Source: Anaerolineae bacterium (GTDB taxonomy: Bacteria > Chloroflexota > Anaerolineae > Aggregatilineales > Phototrophicaceae). From it: a stretch of DNA of 64,000 nt. Position numbers and translations under genes: made by a program. The notes under the pieces were generated by a model, which saw only the letters and a list, made by a program, of their open reading frames with translations, searched no databases and was not told the DNA's origin. This document shows, one piece after another, positions 1 through 9,350 of this stretch. The stretch lies in NCBI GenBank assembly GCA_034421915.1, contig DAOUKA010000187.1, forward strand, positions 6,776 to 70,775, given 5' to 3'. Position 1 is the first letter of the stretch; each line of letters starts with the position of its first letter.

Positions 1-18
1 CTGGCTGGAGAGGTGGAG

Positions 19-819
19 ATGAATACCAAGCGACTGAACGACAAAGGGCGCGAGTTGTGGAACAGGAAGGCACGGTTCTGGGATGCGATGCAGGGTGATG
101 AGGGCAACAGCTTTCATCGCCGTCTGGTTGAACCCTCGGTTTTACAGCTTCTCGAGCTCCAGCCCGGCGAACGGGTGTTGGATATGGGCTGTGGCAATGG
201 CGTTTTGGCGCGGCGGCTGGCGAAGATGGGCGCCCTGGTCAGCGCCTTTGACTTCAGTGAAACGTTCATCAGGCTGGCGAAAGCGCGCGGGCAGTCATCC
301 GAGACAGCCATTCAGTATCATGTGATGGATGCCACAGACGAAGTGGCGATGCTGGCATTGGGAGAAGGGCAGTTTGATGCCATCACCTGCACGATGACCT
401 TGATGGATATTCCCACAGTCGCGCCGCTTTTCAAGGCTGCCAGCCGATTGCTGGGCGCGGGCGGGCGCTTCGTCTATTCCACAGCACATCCCGCTTTCAA
501 CTCGAACAACCCCATCTTTGTCCACGAAAAAGAAGACCGCGAGGGTGTGGTCAGCGATTATTATGCGGTGAAGCTGCGTGCTTATCTCGATGTTCCGCCA
601 GTCAAAGGCGGCGGCGCACCCACTGAACCCAATCCTCATTATTATTATCACCGACCGCTCCACAAGCTGCTTGGCGTGGCCTTTGATGCCGGCTTTGTGC
701 TGGATGCGCTCTTGGAACCAGCATTCTCGCAGGACGATGCCGCTGGCTCGCAGGGATTAAGCTGGTTCAAATTGTGGCAGATTCCGCCTGTGCTGACCGG
801 GCGGCTGCGCCTGGCTTAG
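19..819 (+). CDS. class I SAM-dependent methyltransferase
   Basis: ORF 13..819. SAM motif I VLDMGCGNGVLARRLA is followed by the acidic loop VSAFDFS. ATG at 19 is preceded by GGAG; GTG at 13 is the alternative start. Confidence 0.8.
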   Translation: MNTKRLNDKGRELWNRKARFWDAMQGDEGNSFHRRLVEPSVLQLLELQPGERVLDMGCGNGVLARRLAKMGALVSAFDFSETFIRLAKARGQSSETAIQYHVMDATDEVAMLALGEGQFDAITCTMTLMDIPTVAPLFKAASRLLGAGGRFVYSTAHPAFNSNNPIFVHEKEDREGVVSDYYAVKLRAYLDVPPVKGGGAPTEPNPHYYYHRPLHKLLGVAFDAGFVLDALLEPAFSQDDAAGSQGLSWFKLWQIPPVLTGRLRLA

Positions 820-1517
820 ATGGCTGGATTTTCGGCATGCAGTATCGCTGATTCGCAAGTCCCGCCTGCATGTGCATGCAGCAGCGACAGCAGGTCTCGG
901 GTCGCATTTTCAATATCGTTTAATGCGTTTTGATGATGCGCCTCGACAGTGATGATGGCATGGGTGGTCGAATGGTTGGCGGCGCTGGTCGCGCTTTGAC
1001 GCCAGCACCAGCGGCGGGCAACCACCATCCGCTTCTCATCGGAAAAGGTGACCTCGCCAGCTGCGGGATGCAGCAGATTGTTACTTCCCAATTCCATATA
1101 ATTTTCTGTTCCGTCTGCATAGTGGACGGTGACAGTTCCTTGAATTTCGCAGGTGTCAAAGATAGCGACAGGCAATCCATAGCGTATGCTGACCAGATTG
1201 CCGATGTCTACCAGGGTATTGATGCTGGGAATATCGCCTTTTTTGGTCAGACGGCGGAGCAGTGCCTCGGCGGCGCTGCGATATTTGGTGGGGGAGACGC
1301 CAAAGGCGCTGATTGCCCGCCGCCAGGCGGCCAGTGACTCCAATTCGCTCAGTGCCGTATCAGCCAGCCGCGATTTGACCACCGCCTGTTCGGCAAGATA
1401 AACTTGGCGCAGGCTGTCGGATGTTGGCGGATTGTTCATATTGTTTGCGATGATAACCCCAGCAGTGATATGAGGATAGTTTTTGATAATTTTTGAATCA
1501 TATTGAAAGGCTGTCAA
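816..1517 (-). CDS. stand-alone B3/B4 (PheRS-beta-like) domain protein
   Basis: ORF 816..1568. Family-typical AWRRAISAFGVSPTKYRSAAEALLRR...GDIPSINTLVDIGNLVSIRYGLPV and VARRWCWRQS. Start trimmed to TTG 1517, which lies 5 nt after AGGAGG; the longer ORF would overlap the MFS gene by 50 nt. Confidence 0.75.
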   Translation of the reverse strand: MTAFQYDSKIIKNYPHITAGVIIANNMNNPPTSDSLRQVYLAEQAVVKSRLADTALSELESLAAWRRAISAFGVSPTKYRSAAEALLRRLTKKGDIPSINTLVDIGNLVSIRYGLPVAIFDTCEIQGTVTVHYADGTENYMELGSNNLLHPAAGEVTFSDEKRMVVARRWCWRQSATSAANHSTTHAIITVEAHHQNALNDIENATRDLLSLLHAHAGGTCESAILHAENPAI

Positions 1518-1518
1518 T

Positions 1519-2817
1519 TCATCCTCCTGCGGCTGGGTCTGGTGATGGCGACAGGGGCGTCGCTTCAAGTTTATTCAGCTTTTGTACAATCCATATCCAA
1601 ATCAGCAAGGGTATCAGGGCAAGCAGGGCCGACCCGAACAGGATGACTTGGATGCCGTCTATGCCGACGGCATCAATCAGCAGTCCGACTGCCACAATGC
1701 CGATGCTTTGCACCATCTCGAAGCCGGCAAAGTCAAGCGAAAACATACGCCCAAGATACGCATCCGGCACAATTTGCTGGATAATGACGGAACTGTAAGT
1801 CCAGTTGACAGAACCTCCCATCGAGCGCATTATCACTGCCAGAATCAGGAGTTCGAGCGAGGGCGCCAGCCCCCACAACAGCCAACTGAGCATAATCATC
1901 ACAAAGCCGACGATAATGAGCCGCCGCAGCCGCCGCACCGAATCATCGCTGAAGCGATTGGTCATCAGCGGCCCGATGACAGCGCCAACTCCGAAGGCAG
2001 ACCAAAGGATTGCCATGGATATGATGCCCTGGTCGCCGATAACGAATATCTGGGTGCCGTAAATAATCAGGAGCGCATCGACATTGGTCAAGCTCTGTCC
2101 GCTCTTAACGAAAAGCGCGGCTGCTGTCCCTGGGTGTTTCAGCAGATAACGAATGCCATCCATAAAGGTGCGTCTGGATTTGTCGCGGACAGAGTCTTCT
2201 GTTGGGGCAATTTCCGAGCGGGGTTTTTCGGGGATGACGATGGTCATCACGATGCCAGCCGAGACAAGGAATGTCAGCGCGTCGATAACCAGCGCCGTTT
2301 GTATCCCGAAGAGTTCAGCGATGATGCCGCCGAAGATAGCGCCGATGGCTAACATGGCTGACCAGGTGATGCTGCTCAGGGTGTTGCCGATGACCAGTTG
2401 GTGGCGATAGAGGATGCTGGGCATGATGGCATTGCGAGCGGGTTCAAAGATGGACGAGATGAGGAACTGGATAATGGTCAGCACATAAATCCATGGCAGA
2501 AATCCAGGATCCTGTGTGGTGAACAGCAGTCCGATAACCGCCAAAGCACGCAGGATGTCACTTAAAATCAGCAGGCGCTTGCGGTCGAAGCGGTCCGCCA
2601 GGACGCCAGCCCAGGGGCGCATGAGCAGGGGTGGAATCAAGCGGGCAATGAGATAAGCGCTGACGGCGATGCCCTGATAGTTCGTGCCTTCGGTATAGAC
2701 AACAATCAATGCCGAGATGACAATGGTATTGAACCAGTCACCGAGCAGGCTGACAAGCTGCGCCGCCCAAAGTTTGGCGAAGTCCGAATTGCTCCGTATG
2801 AGGCGGAGATACTGCAT
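1519..2817 (-). CDS. MFS transporter (MFS_3/EntS-like)
   Basis: 432 aa with about 12 hydrophobic segments. N-terminus FAKLWAAQLVSLLGDWF and loop LADRFDRKRLL are typical of this MFS subfamily. Confidence 0.8.
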   Translation of the reverse strand: MQYLRLIRSNSDFAKLWAAQLVSLLGDWFNTIVISALIVVYTEGTNYQGIAVSAYLIARLIPPLLMRPWAGVLADRFDRKRLLILSDILRALAVIGLLFTTQDPGFLPWIYVLTIIQFLISSIFEPARNAIMPSILYRHQLVIGNTLSSITWSAMLAIGAIFGGIIAELFGIQTALVIDALTFLVSAGIVMTIVIPEKPRSEIAPTEDSVRDKSRRTFMDGIRYLLKHPGTAAALFVKSGQSLTNVDALLIIYGTQIFVIGDQGIISMAILWSAFGVGAVIGPLMTNRFSDDSVRRLRRLIIVGFVMIMLSWLLWGLAPSLELLILAVIMRSMGGSVNWTYSSVIIQQIVPDAYLGRMFSLDFAGFEMVQSIGIVAVGLLIDAVGIDGIQVILFGSALLALIPLLIWIWIVQKLNKLEATPLSPSPDPAAGG

Positions 2818-3059
2818 GTCCTGTCCTTCTTTAATGAATGAACCTGTGCCGGCGCAAGCAGCCGAAAGCCCATTATTTTGTGATTTTTTGCAAGCGCGGG
2901 ATTTTGTAAGCTCCAGCCGTCATCGGCTTTTCATCCATGTGCGTAGTGTACAGCACAATGTCGGCTGGCGCATGGTACAAATAGTCGGCAGGCATCTTCT
3001 CCGAGTTATTGACAGCCTTGAATGTCTGGCATACCATTAGCGCATTTTGAAGGGGAAGC

Positions 3060-3457
3060 ATGATGGATGCCTTGCTTTTTGTTGGAGTCGGGGGCTTTTT
3101 GGGCGCCAATGCGCGTTATCTGCTGACAGTGTGGACGGACAGCGTGCTTGTGCCGCGCTGGGGGGCATTTCCTTTCGGGACGCTGGCGGTGAACTTGCTG
3201 GGGTCTTTTGGTTTGGCGCTGCTGGCTGCATGGGTTGGGTCGCGCGTCGGGCTGCCGCCGCAGTTGCGTTGGCTGGTCGGGACTGGGTTTTCGGTGCATT
3301 CACCACTTTTTCCGCCTTTGCCAGTGACAGTGTGACCTTGTTTGAGGCGGGGAGATTGGGTACTTTCCTGCTGAATATCCTGCTGAATAATGGCTTGTGC
3401 CTGCTGGGGGCGGCGCTGGGTCTGTTTGTGGCGCAGCGATTGCTGGCGGCATTCTGA
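3060..3457 (+). pseudogene. crcB: fluoride channel CrcB/FluC, reading frame broken once
   Basis: ORF 3060..3335 encodes GGFLGANARY...FPFGTLAVNLLGSF...LVGTGF. ORF 3047..3457 in another frame continues GAFTTFSAFASDSV... to a normal C-terminus. The frames switch at TTTTCGG near 3288-3294. Confidence 0.8.
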
Positions 3458-3479
3458 AATCCGCATGAATTGAGGAACG

Positions 3480-4298
3480 ATGGACGATATTGTCAAAGTC
3501 ATTGCCCTGTCCCTGATTGAAGGCATTACTGAGTTTCTGCCGATTTCGTCTACGGGGCATTTGATTGTCGCGGCGGCGGCGCTCAATTTTGAGGCTGCGG
3601 GGACGGTATTTGAGATTTTTATTCAGTTTGGCGCGGTGGTGGCGGTCATTTTTTATTATCGCAAGACCCTGGTCAGTCATGCTGGGCAGTTAAAATCGAA
3701 TCCGATGATAAGGCAGTTTTGGCTGCTGATACTGCTGGCTTTCATTCCTGCGGCCGGGGTTGGATTCCTGTTTGGGGAGCAGATTGAGACGCTGCTGTTC
3801 TCGCCTCTTGTGGTAGCGATTTCCCTGATTGTGGGCGGGATTGCTCTTTTGCTGGTCGAGCGGCTGCCGCGGTTTCGGGCATCGAGGCATGATGAGCCGA
3901 TTGAGATAACCGAGGTGACGATGCGGCAGGCTGTGACAGTGGGGCTGGTGCAGGCGCTGGCGCTGATTCCGGGCATGTCCCGTTCGGGCAGTTCCATTGT
4001 CGGCGGGATGCTTTCGGGGATGAATCGGCACACCGCGACCGAGTTTTCATTTTTTCTGGCGATTCCGACTTTGGGTGGGGCGACTGTCTACAAGCTGATG
4101 ACCTCGCTGGATGATTTGCGCTTTGATGAGTTGATGTTATTATTGCTGGGTACGGTGCTTGCGGGTATATTTGCTCGGTTTGCGATGGATTGGCTGCTGA
4201 GGTTTATTTCAGGCAGCAGCTTTGTTGTCTTCGGATATTATCGGATAGTGGCTGGACTGATTATCCTTGCATTTGTGGCGGGTGGGTTGCTTTCGTGA
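3480..4298 (+). CDS. uppP: undecaprenyl-diphosphate phosphatase
   Basis: BacA/UppP signatures ITEFLPISSTGHL and PGMSRSGSSI; 272 aa polytopic protein. Confidence 0.92.
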   Translation: MDDIVKVIALSLIEGITEFLPISSTGHLIVAAAALNFEAAGTVFEIFIQFGAVVAVIFYYRKTLVSHAGQLKSNPMIRQFWLLILLAFIPAAGVGFLFGEQIETLLFSPLVVAISLIVGGIALLLVERLPRFRASRHDEPIEITEVTMRQAVTVGLVQALALIPGMSRSGSSIVGGMLSGMNRHTATEFSFFLAIPTLGGATVYKLMTSLDDLRFDELMLLLLGTVLAGIFARFAMDWLLRFISGSSFVVFGYYRIVAGLIILAFVAGGLLS

Positions 4299-4358
4299 TG
4301 CTGCTGTGGATGCCCTGTTTCAATCGCCCAGGAGCGCAGGAATCGACTCGAAATCTGA

Positions 4359-4387
4359 TTGTCCGAGTATGGTCTATTCAGTATAAT
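4359..4387 (+). promoter_or_regulatory. sigma70-like promoter TTGTCC-17-TATAAT upstream of the LysM gene
   Basis: -35 at 4359-4364 and -10 at 4382-4387, read directly from the sequence. About 47 nt upstream of ATG 4435. Confidence 0.45.
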
Positions 4388-4434
4388 ATATGTGAGCAGA
4401 TGACCGGGCGCCCTTACCCAGGAGAAACCGATTC

Positions 4435-5349
4435 ATGTCTAAACACAGGAAGCCTTATCTTTTATTGATATTATGTGCAATGCTTTCTCTGGCTGCGACG
4501 GCATGTTTTCGTGATTCTGCTGAAGGTATCGGCGAGCAGCCCGTGGCGGGCCCCTTGTCCTCACCGACTCAGGCTGGGACGCAGAATGCGACCGCCACGC
4601 CCACGCTGGCAGCTGCGTCGGTCAATCAAATATCCACCGAACCCGCTCCCGATACATTTGCCTTGACCGCGACCGAACTGATTGGGAGATTGACGCGGGA
4701 TGCCGCGATGCTGCTGACGACCCAGGCGTTTGAAGCGGGCATCGGAGCGACAGAAACGCCATTGCCCATCGCGACCCGAGAACCTCTGCCAACGCCGCTG
4801 CCAGTGCCCAGGGCGACATTGGTACCAGGGGCGGATTGCGTCCACCAGATTCGTGTTGGTGACACCCTGTATCTGCTATCGACCGCTTATGGCGTCTCGG
4901 TAGAAGCGATTGCCAACGCGAACAGCATTGCCGACCCAAGCAGAATACAGGTGGATCAGCGCGTGACGATTCCAAGGTGCGGCACGACCGGCTTTATACC
5001 ACCAGCGACAACGACTCCACCTGCCACCAGCGCGCCTGAGGCTGTTTCGCCGACGGAACAGTCCGAAGCTGTCGTCGCCACGGATGGGGAAGATGACGGC
5101 TCTGCAAGCATCGCGGTTCAAGAGGCGCAGGCAAAAATCCTGAGCAATGCCCAAATCAACGTCCCTTCCAGCACAGTTGCGCAAAGCGCAGAGGTATCAG
5201 CTGGCAGCCGAACCTACACATTAAGACAGTACGACACCCTGTACGACATTGCGCAGCAGTTTGACACGACCATTGAGGAGATTGCTGCCTTGAATAACAT
5301 CAGCGACATCGACGACATCAAAATTGGCGATGTCTTGCTAATTCCCTAG
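4435..5349 (+). CDS. secreted protein (possibly lipid-anchored) with two LysM peptidoglycan-binding repeats
   Basis: Signal peptide ends LSLAATAC. LysM repeats are IRVGDTLYLLSTAYGVSVEAIANANSI and YTLRQYDTLYDIAQQFDTTIEEIAALNNI, with P/T/A-rich linkers. Confidence 0.8.
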   Translation: MSKHRKPYLLLILCAMLSLAATACFRDSAEGIGEQPVAGPLSSPTQAGTQNATATPTLAAASVNQISTEPAPDTFALTATELIGRLTRDAAMLLTTQAFEAGIGATETPLPIATREPLPTPLPVPRATLVPGADCVHQIRVGDTLYLLSTAYGVSVEAIANANSIADPSRIQVDQRVTIPRCGTTGFIPPATTTPPATSAPEAVSPTEQSEAVVATDGEDDGSASIAVQEAQAKILSNAQINVPSSTVAQSAEVSAGSRTYTLRQYDTLYDIAQQFDTTIEEIAALNNISDIDDIKIGDVLLIP

Positions 5350-5367
5350 GGAGGCTCTGTCCGCCCC

Positions 5368-5397
5368 TTGCGGGATACAGGGCTGCCATGCTATAAT
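5368..5397 (+). promoter_or_regulatory. sigma70-like promoter TTGCGG-18-TATAAT with TGn extended -10, upstream of rplS
   Basis: -35 at 5368-5373 and TGcTATAAT ending at 5397. A short hairpin ATGCC-TGCG-GGCAT plus ATTTT lies in the leader. Confidence 0.5.
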
Positions 5398-5459
5398 GCT
5401 TGGCTGTCCGAAAGAAATCCAGATGCCTGCGGGCATATTTTGATGGAAGGAAACAAGCC

Positions 5460-5807
5460 ATGAGCCAAGAACTTGTACAATCACTGATGGCGGAAAACCA
5501 CAAGCATCCTTTGATTGAGTCGGGGGATACGGTCAAGGTTCATGTTCGTATTGTTGAAGGCAGTCGGGAACGGGTACAGGTTTTCCAGGGTGTCGTCATC
5601 CGCTCGCGCAAAGGGGGCAACGAGGCCAATTTTACGGTTCGCCGAATTGCCAGCCATGGGATTGGTGTTGAACGGACATTCCTGCTGCACAGCCCGCGGG
5701 TGGAAAAGGTCGAGATTCTGCGGCGTGCGAAGGTGCGGCGGGCCCAGTTGTATTATCTGCGCGAGCGTCGGGGCAAGGCGGCACGGCTCAAAGAGCGCCG
5801 CCGCTAG
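5460..5807 (+). CDS. rplS: 50S ribosomal protein L19
   Basis: [26 protein letters not shown]...[17 protein letters not shown]. Start trimmed from 5400 to ATG 5460, behind GGAAGGA. Confidence 0.95.
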   Translation: MSQELVQSLMAENHKHPLIESGDTVKVHVRIVEGSRERVQVFQGVVIRSRKGGNEANFTVRRIASHGIGVERTFLLHSPRVEKVEILRRAKVRRAQLYYLRERRGKAARLKERRR

Positions 5808-5865
5808 ACCTAAACAGCCGCAGTCCGAGGGATAGGTGTCTTGCCACACTCATTTTTGCGTTATG

Positions 5866-7311
5866 TCAGGCGCGGATTTTGAGTACGTAATAAGTGCCTT
5901 TTTTGGCGCCGACTTTGACCAGGATTCCTTTTTCGACCATATCAGCCAGGTCGAGCCGTAGCGTCTCGGCGGATACGTCTTGTATCAGCATTCGATATTC
6001 GCGGTTGGCGATGGAACCATTTTCGCGGATATACTGCAAGGCACGCGCCTGCCGATGATTGGTGTTCCGCGCCCATTCTGGCAGTTTGGGATGCTTGCGT
6101 TCGTTGTGCAAGGCAAGCGCAAAGCTGTAGGGACGCGCATCAAACTTCGGCGGCGAATGTCCTGCCTGTTCCATCACCTCAATCATGCGGTCAATCCCAA
6201 GCCCTAACTCTTCGATATAACCCCATTGAAACAGCCCGCCGACCAATCTCGGATTGCGCGAGAAATGCTCGTCTTTGATATTCTCGACGGTGATAAAGCC
6301 GGGCAGTCCGCCTGGAGATATGACTTCGAGCCTGTCGGAGAACATACGCACTTCGATGCGGCGTCCACGCAAGCGATAATCGCGGTGACAAATGGCGTTG
6401 ACGAGCGCTTCACGGACAGCGAATTGCGGATATTCAAAGGTTTCTTCGCGTTCCAGCCCTGTGACAACGGCGCTCACAGCCATTTCACTCCAAACCAGAT
6501 TCCAGGTAGCTTCAATCAGGCGTGGGACTGGGCCGGTCAGTTCCTCGCGGCGGGAATAGCCAGCTAACCCGCTCTCGCCGCGCGGGGCTGTACCGACGAA
6601 TTTGGCAAAGACGACCGCACTTTGCGGCAACCATCGCTGTGGATATTCACTGAATAACAGGATGCCGCAGACGGTTGGCTTGCCCTCGGCTGTGATGGCG
6701 CCGATTTCGTTGAGAAGGTTGTCGATTTTGCCATTGTAAGGGCGTTTGGTGCGTTCTGCCCGTTTTTCCAAATACTCATCAATCATTTTGCGGCTGAAAT
6801 CATCAACGCTGGCGCCCGGAACGACATCGGATTCAAAGCCACCCGTATTCTTGGCGCTTGCCAGACGCAAAATCTCCTGACCGCCCAAGGGGCGATTGAT
6901 GCTGCCACTCCGTATCAGCACCCGTCCATCGGCGAGGGCGTGCAGTTCGGTGCTGCGGGGTACGCGGATGGCATAAATCGGGAAACTTGCTGCCGAACTC
7001 CCATTGTCGCTCGTCTCGGGATCCTGTTCAGCTTGGCTGCCATCGCTGGCTGCCATCGAGATTTCTTCCCATTTTTCGATGATGACGGGCGGATTGTACA
7101 AATCATCCGCCAATTTGAGCACCTCATCGATGTCGGCGGCGGCTGTTTTGGCGGCGGCGGGCTGACCGTTGGATTGCAGCCCAATGACAATGAGTCCGCC
7201 TTCTGTATTGGCAAAGGCGACCAGGGTTTCGGCAATGATATGGGCATCGGCTGTCTGCACAAACGCCAGCCGCGGACCCTCGCCGGATTTGATTAACTCG
7301 GCATGAGACAT
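5866..7311 (-). CDS. AlbA_2 (Schlafen-type) / HATPase_c_4 / winged-helix protein, often annotated RecG-like transcriptional regulator
   Basis: N-terminal LVAFANTEGGLIVIG, the HATPase_c_4 hallmark REALVNAICHRDY, and a C-terminal wHTH ALQYIRENGSIANREY. Confidence 0.75.
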   Translation of the reverse strand: MSHAELIKSGEGPRLAFVQTADAHIIAETLVAFANTEGGLIVIGLQSNGQPAAAKTAAADIDEVLKLADDLYNPPVIIEKWEEISMAASDGSQAEQDPETSDNGSSAASFPIYAIRVPRSTELHALADGRVLIRSGSINRPLGGQEILRLASAKNTGGFESDVVPGASVDDFSRKMIDEYLEKRAERTKRPYNGKIDNLLNEIGAITAEGKPTVCGILLFSEYPQRWLPQSAVVFAKFVGTAPRGESGLAGYSRREELTGPVPRLIEATWNLVWSEMAVSAVVTGLEREETFEYPQFAVREALVNAICHRDYRLRGRRIEVRMFSDRLEVISPGGLPGFITVENIKDEHFSRNPRLVGGLFQWGYIEELGLGIDRMIEVMEQAGHSPPKFDARPYSFALALHNERKHPKLPEWARNTNHRQARALQYIRENGSIANREYRMLIQDVSAETLRLDLADMVEKGILVKVGAKKGTYYVLKIRA

Positions 7312-7439
7312 AAGGTTGGGTTCATCAGCTTCATAAAGTCATTCAACTTGAAGAGTCATTATCGCTTAAAGAGCCGACTCTAATTATAATACAGCTTCTA
7401 TGTGTAGGCTGACCCTATTTTGTCAAAAATAAAGGGACA

Positions 7440-9221
7440 ATGCAAATGGCAGTTGTCTATCCGATGTGCCTGGTCTTGGTCAGTTGGCTGCTGTTTTTTC
7501 TGCTCTTCAGTGGGCTGGGCGCGGTCGTGTTGAGATGGATGAGCCAGATGCCGACGTCGGGACTTCTTTGGCTGGACAGCTTCTGGCTGGGCTGGGCGCT
7601 GTCCCTGGCAATTCTTCAGTTGTGGCATGTTGCCTTTCCAGTCAACGAGGTTATCTTGCTGCTGCTGGCTTTGGCTGCTCTAGCGAGCCTGCTGATGCAG
7701 CGTCGGCACATTGTCCTGATTGTTGGTCGGCTCAAGCACAATCGCTTGTTTCTGTTGATATTTGCGCTGTTCCTGCTGTGGATGTCGAACCGCGCCATCG
7801 ATATGCCGACCGCGTTTGACACCGGCTTTCGTGATATACAGGCGGTCATGTGGATAGATGCTTATTCGGCTGTGCCTGGATTGATTAACCTTTTTTCCTC
7901 ACTGGCGCATAATCATTCGGTTTATCTGTATGATGCCTTGCTGGATGTGTCGTTTTGGGACGGGCGATCTTATCATATTGCGACCGGTCTGCTGCTGGTC
8001 GTATTTTTAGCCTATGCGATACAAAGCGCGGCGCAGCTATATCGGCATCGAGACGGGGCAGGCATTCGCTGGTCGTGGATATTTGCGACCCTGATGATTC
8101 CCTATATTCTGTTTTATACCGTAAGACGGGGCGGCATCACGCATTTTTTAACCGATACCACTGTTGACCTCATTGGCTTTCTGGTACTGATTTATCTGCT
8201 GGACTTTTTGCAAGATTACAAGTCGGCGCAAAGCTCAAATCGCTATCTGATTTTTCGGCTGGCAATCCTTGTCGCAACCGGCTTTACGGTCAAGCAAAGT
8301 TTCATTATTTTGGGTTTGAGCATTGGCGTGCTGGTCGGTTTGGTCTGGCTCTGGCGTGGCGGGTTTCGCGCTGGAATCAAGCATTTTGCCCAAATACTCA
8401 TCCCCATCCTGCTGTTTGCGCTGCTGCTGATTGTTCCCTGGATGGCGCGAGGTGTTATCAGCAGCGGCTATGTGGCCTATCCGCAGTCGTTTGGGCGGGT
8501 TGAGGTGGATTGGGCGGCCTCGGAAGAGCAGGTGGCGCATCGTCAGCAGCAGCTGGCAACCAACACGCGCATTCGGCACGGCGATCCCGAAGACGTGCTG
8601 GCGTCCTGGGATTGGGTCGAGCGCTGGTTTCAGTCATTGAGCAGCAATGTTTTTATGTTTCTGCTTCCTCTTGCCTTGTCCTTGGCGGCCTTGACCTTGT
8701 ACGGCGGCGGCTTGTGGCGAAATCGCCATGGGAAGCGAGGGCTGCCACTGGGTTTGTGGATCTTGCTGCCCTCGTTGGTTATGATTGTTTTCTGGTTTTT
8801 GACCGCGCCGAACATCAAGTATATTCGCTATATTTTATGGAGCAATGTCGCCTTGCTGGTGCTGCTGGCGGTGCTGGCATGGCATTCTGTTTCGTGGCGG
8901 CTGCGGATTTTGGGTGTCTATGGGGTGCTGGCTTTGTGTTTGGGATATGTGCTGTATCTCATGATCATGCTGCCGACAAGGCCCTTGCCAGCTGGGCCCG
9001 AGGATGGATTTTACGCTCATGCGCTGCCTCCAATACGGGTTTATGAAACGGCCAGCGGTTTGCAAATCAATGTCCCCGACAGTCACATCGATCAGTGCTG
9101 GCAGATTCCCCTGCCTTGCACGCCCTATCCGCATCCTGGCATCTATGAGCGGGTGCCAGGAGAAATATGGCATGGATTTGGCTCTGTGCCTGAAGGCGGT
9201 GTGGATGCAGACGATGGATAA
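7440..9221 (+). CDS. large polytopic membrane protein of unknown function
   Basis: 593 aa with at least 12 hydrophobic segments and a Cys/Pro-rich C-terminal tail (IDQCWQIPLPCTPYPHPG). TATAAT at 7385-7390 lies upstream. I can name no catalytic motif. Confidence 0.6.
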   Translation: MQMAVVYPMCLVLVSWLLFFLLFSGLGAVVLRWMSQMPTSGLLWLDSFWLGWALSLAILQLWHVAFPVNEVILLLLALAALASLLMQRRHIVLIVGRLKHNRLFLLIFALFLLWMSNRAIDMPTAFDTGFRDIQAVMWIDAYSAVPGLINLFSSLAHNHSVYLYDALLDVSFWDGRSYHIATGLLLVVFLAYAIQSAAQLYRHRDGAGIRWSWIFATLMIPYILFYTVRRGGITHFLTDTTVDLIGFLVLIYLLDFLQDYKSAQSSNRYLIFRLAILVATGFTVKQSFIILGLSIGVLVGLVWLWRGGFRAGIKHFAQILIPILLFALLLIVPWMARGVISSGYVAYPQSFGRVEVDWAASEEQVAHRQQQLATNTRIRHGDPEDVLASWDWVERWFQSLSSNVFMFLLPLALSLAALTLYGGGLWRNRHGKRGLPLGLWILLPSLVMIVFWFLTAPNIKYIRYILWSNVALLVLLAVLAWHSVSWRLRILGVYGVLALCLGYVLYLMIMLPTRPLPAGPEDGFYAHALPPIRVYETASGLQINVPDSHIDQCWQIPLPCTPYPHPGIYERVPGEIWHGFGSVPEGGVDADDG

Positions 9222-9350
9222 TGCGAGCTTTTATGGTTTTCGGCTCGATGACGATAAACTTGATACAATAACAGAAATGGAGAAGGTGCAGGTTTGTGGG
9301 CTAGGCAAGGGGACTGCGCCCGTTTTTAGCAGCTTGAAAAGGATGAGGCA

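Noticed and set aside
2818-3059. I looked for a fluoride (crcB-motif) riboswitch upstream of crcB. I also considered the 78-aa antisense ORF 2873..3109 and its 40-aa internal version.
   Set aside because: I could not find the conserved GGnGAUG...CCGCC...CUGAUG...CCUAC pattern on either strand by eye. The small ORF has no convincing RBS spacing or motif. A covariance-model search is needed before making any claim.
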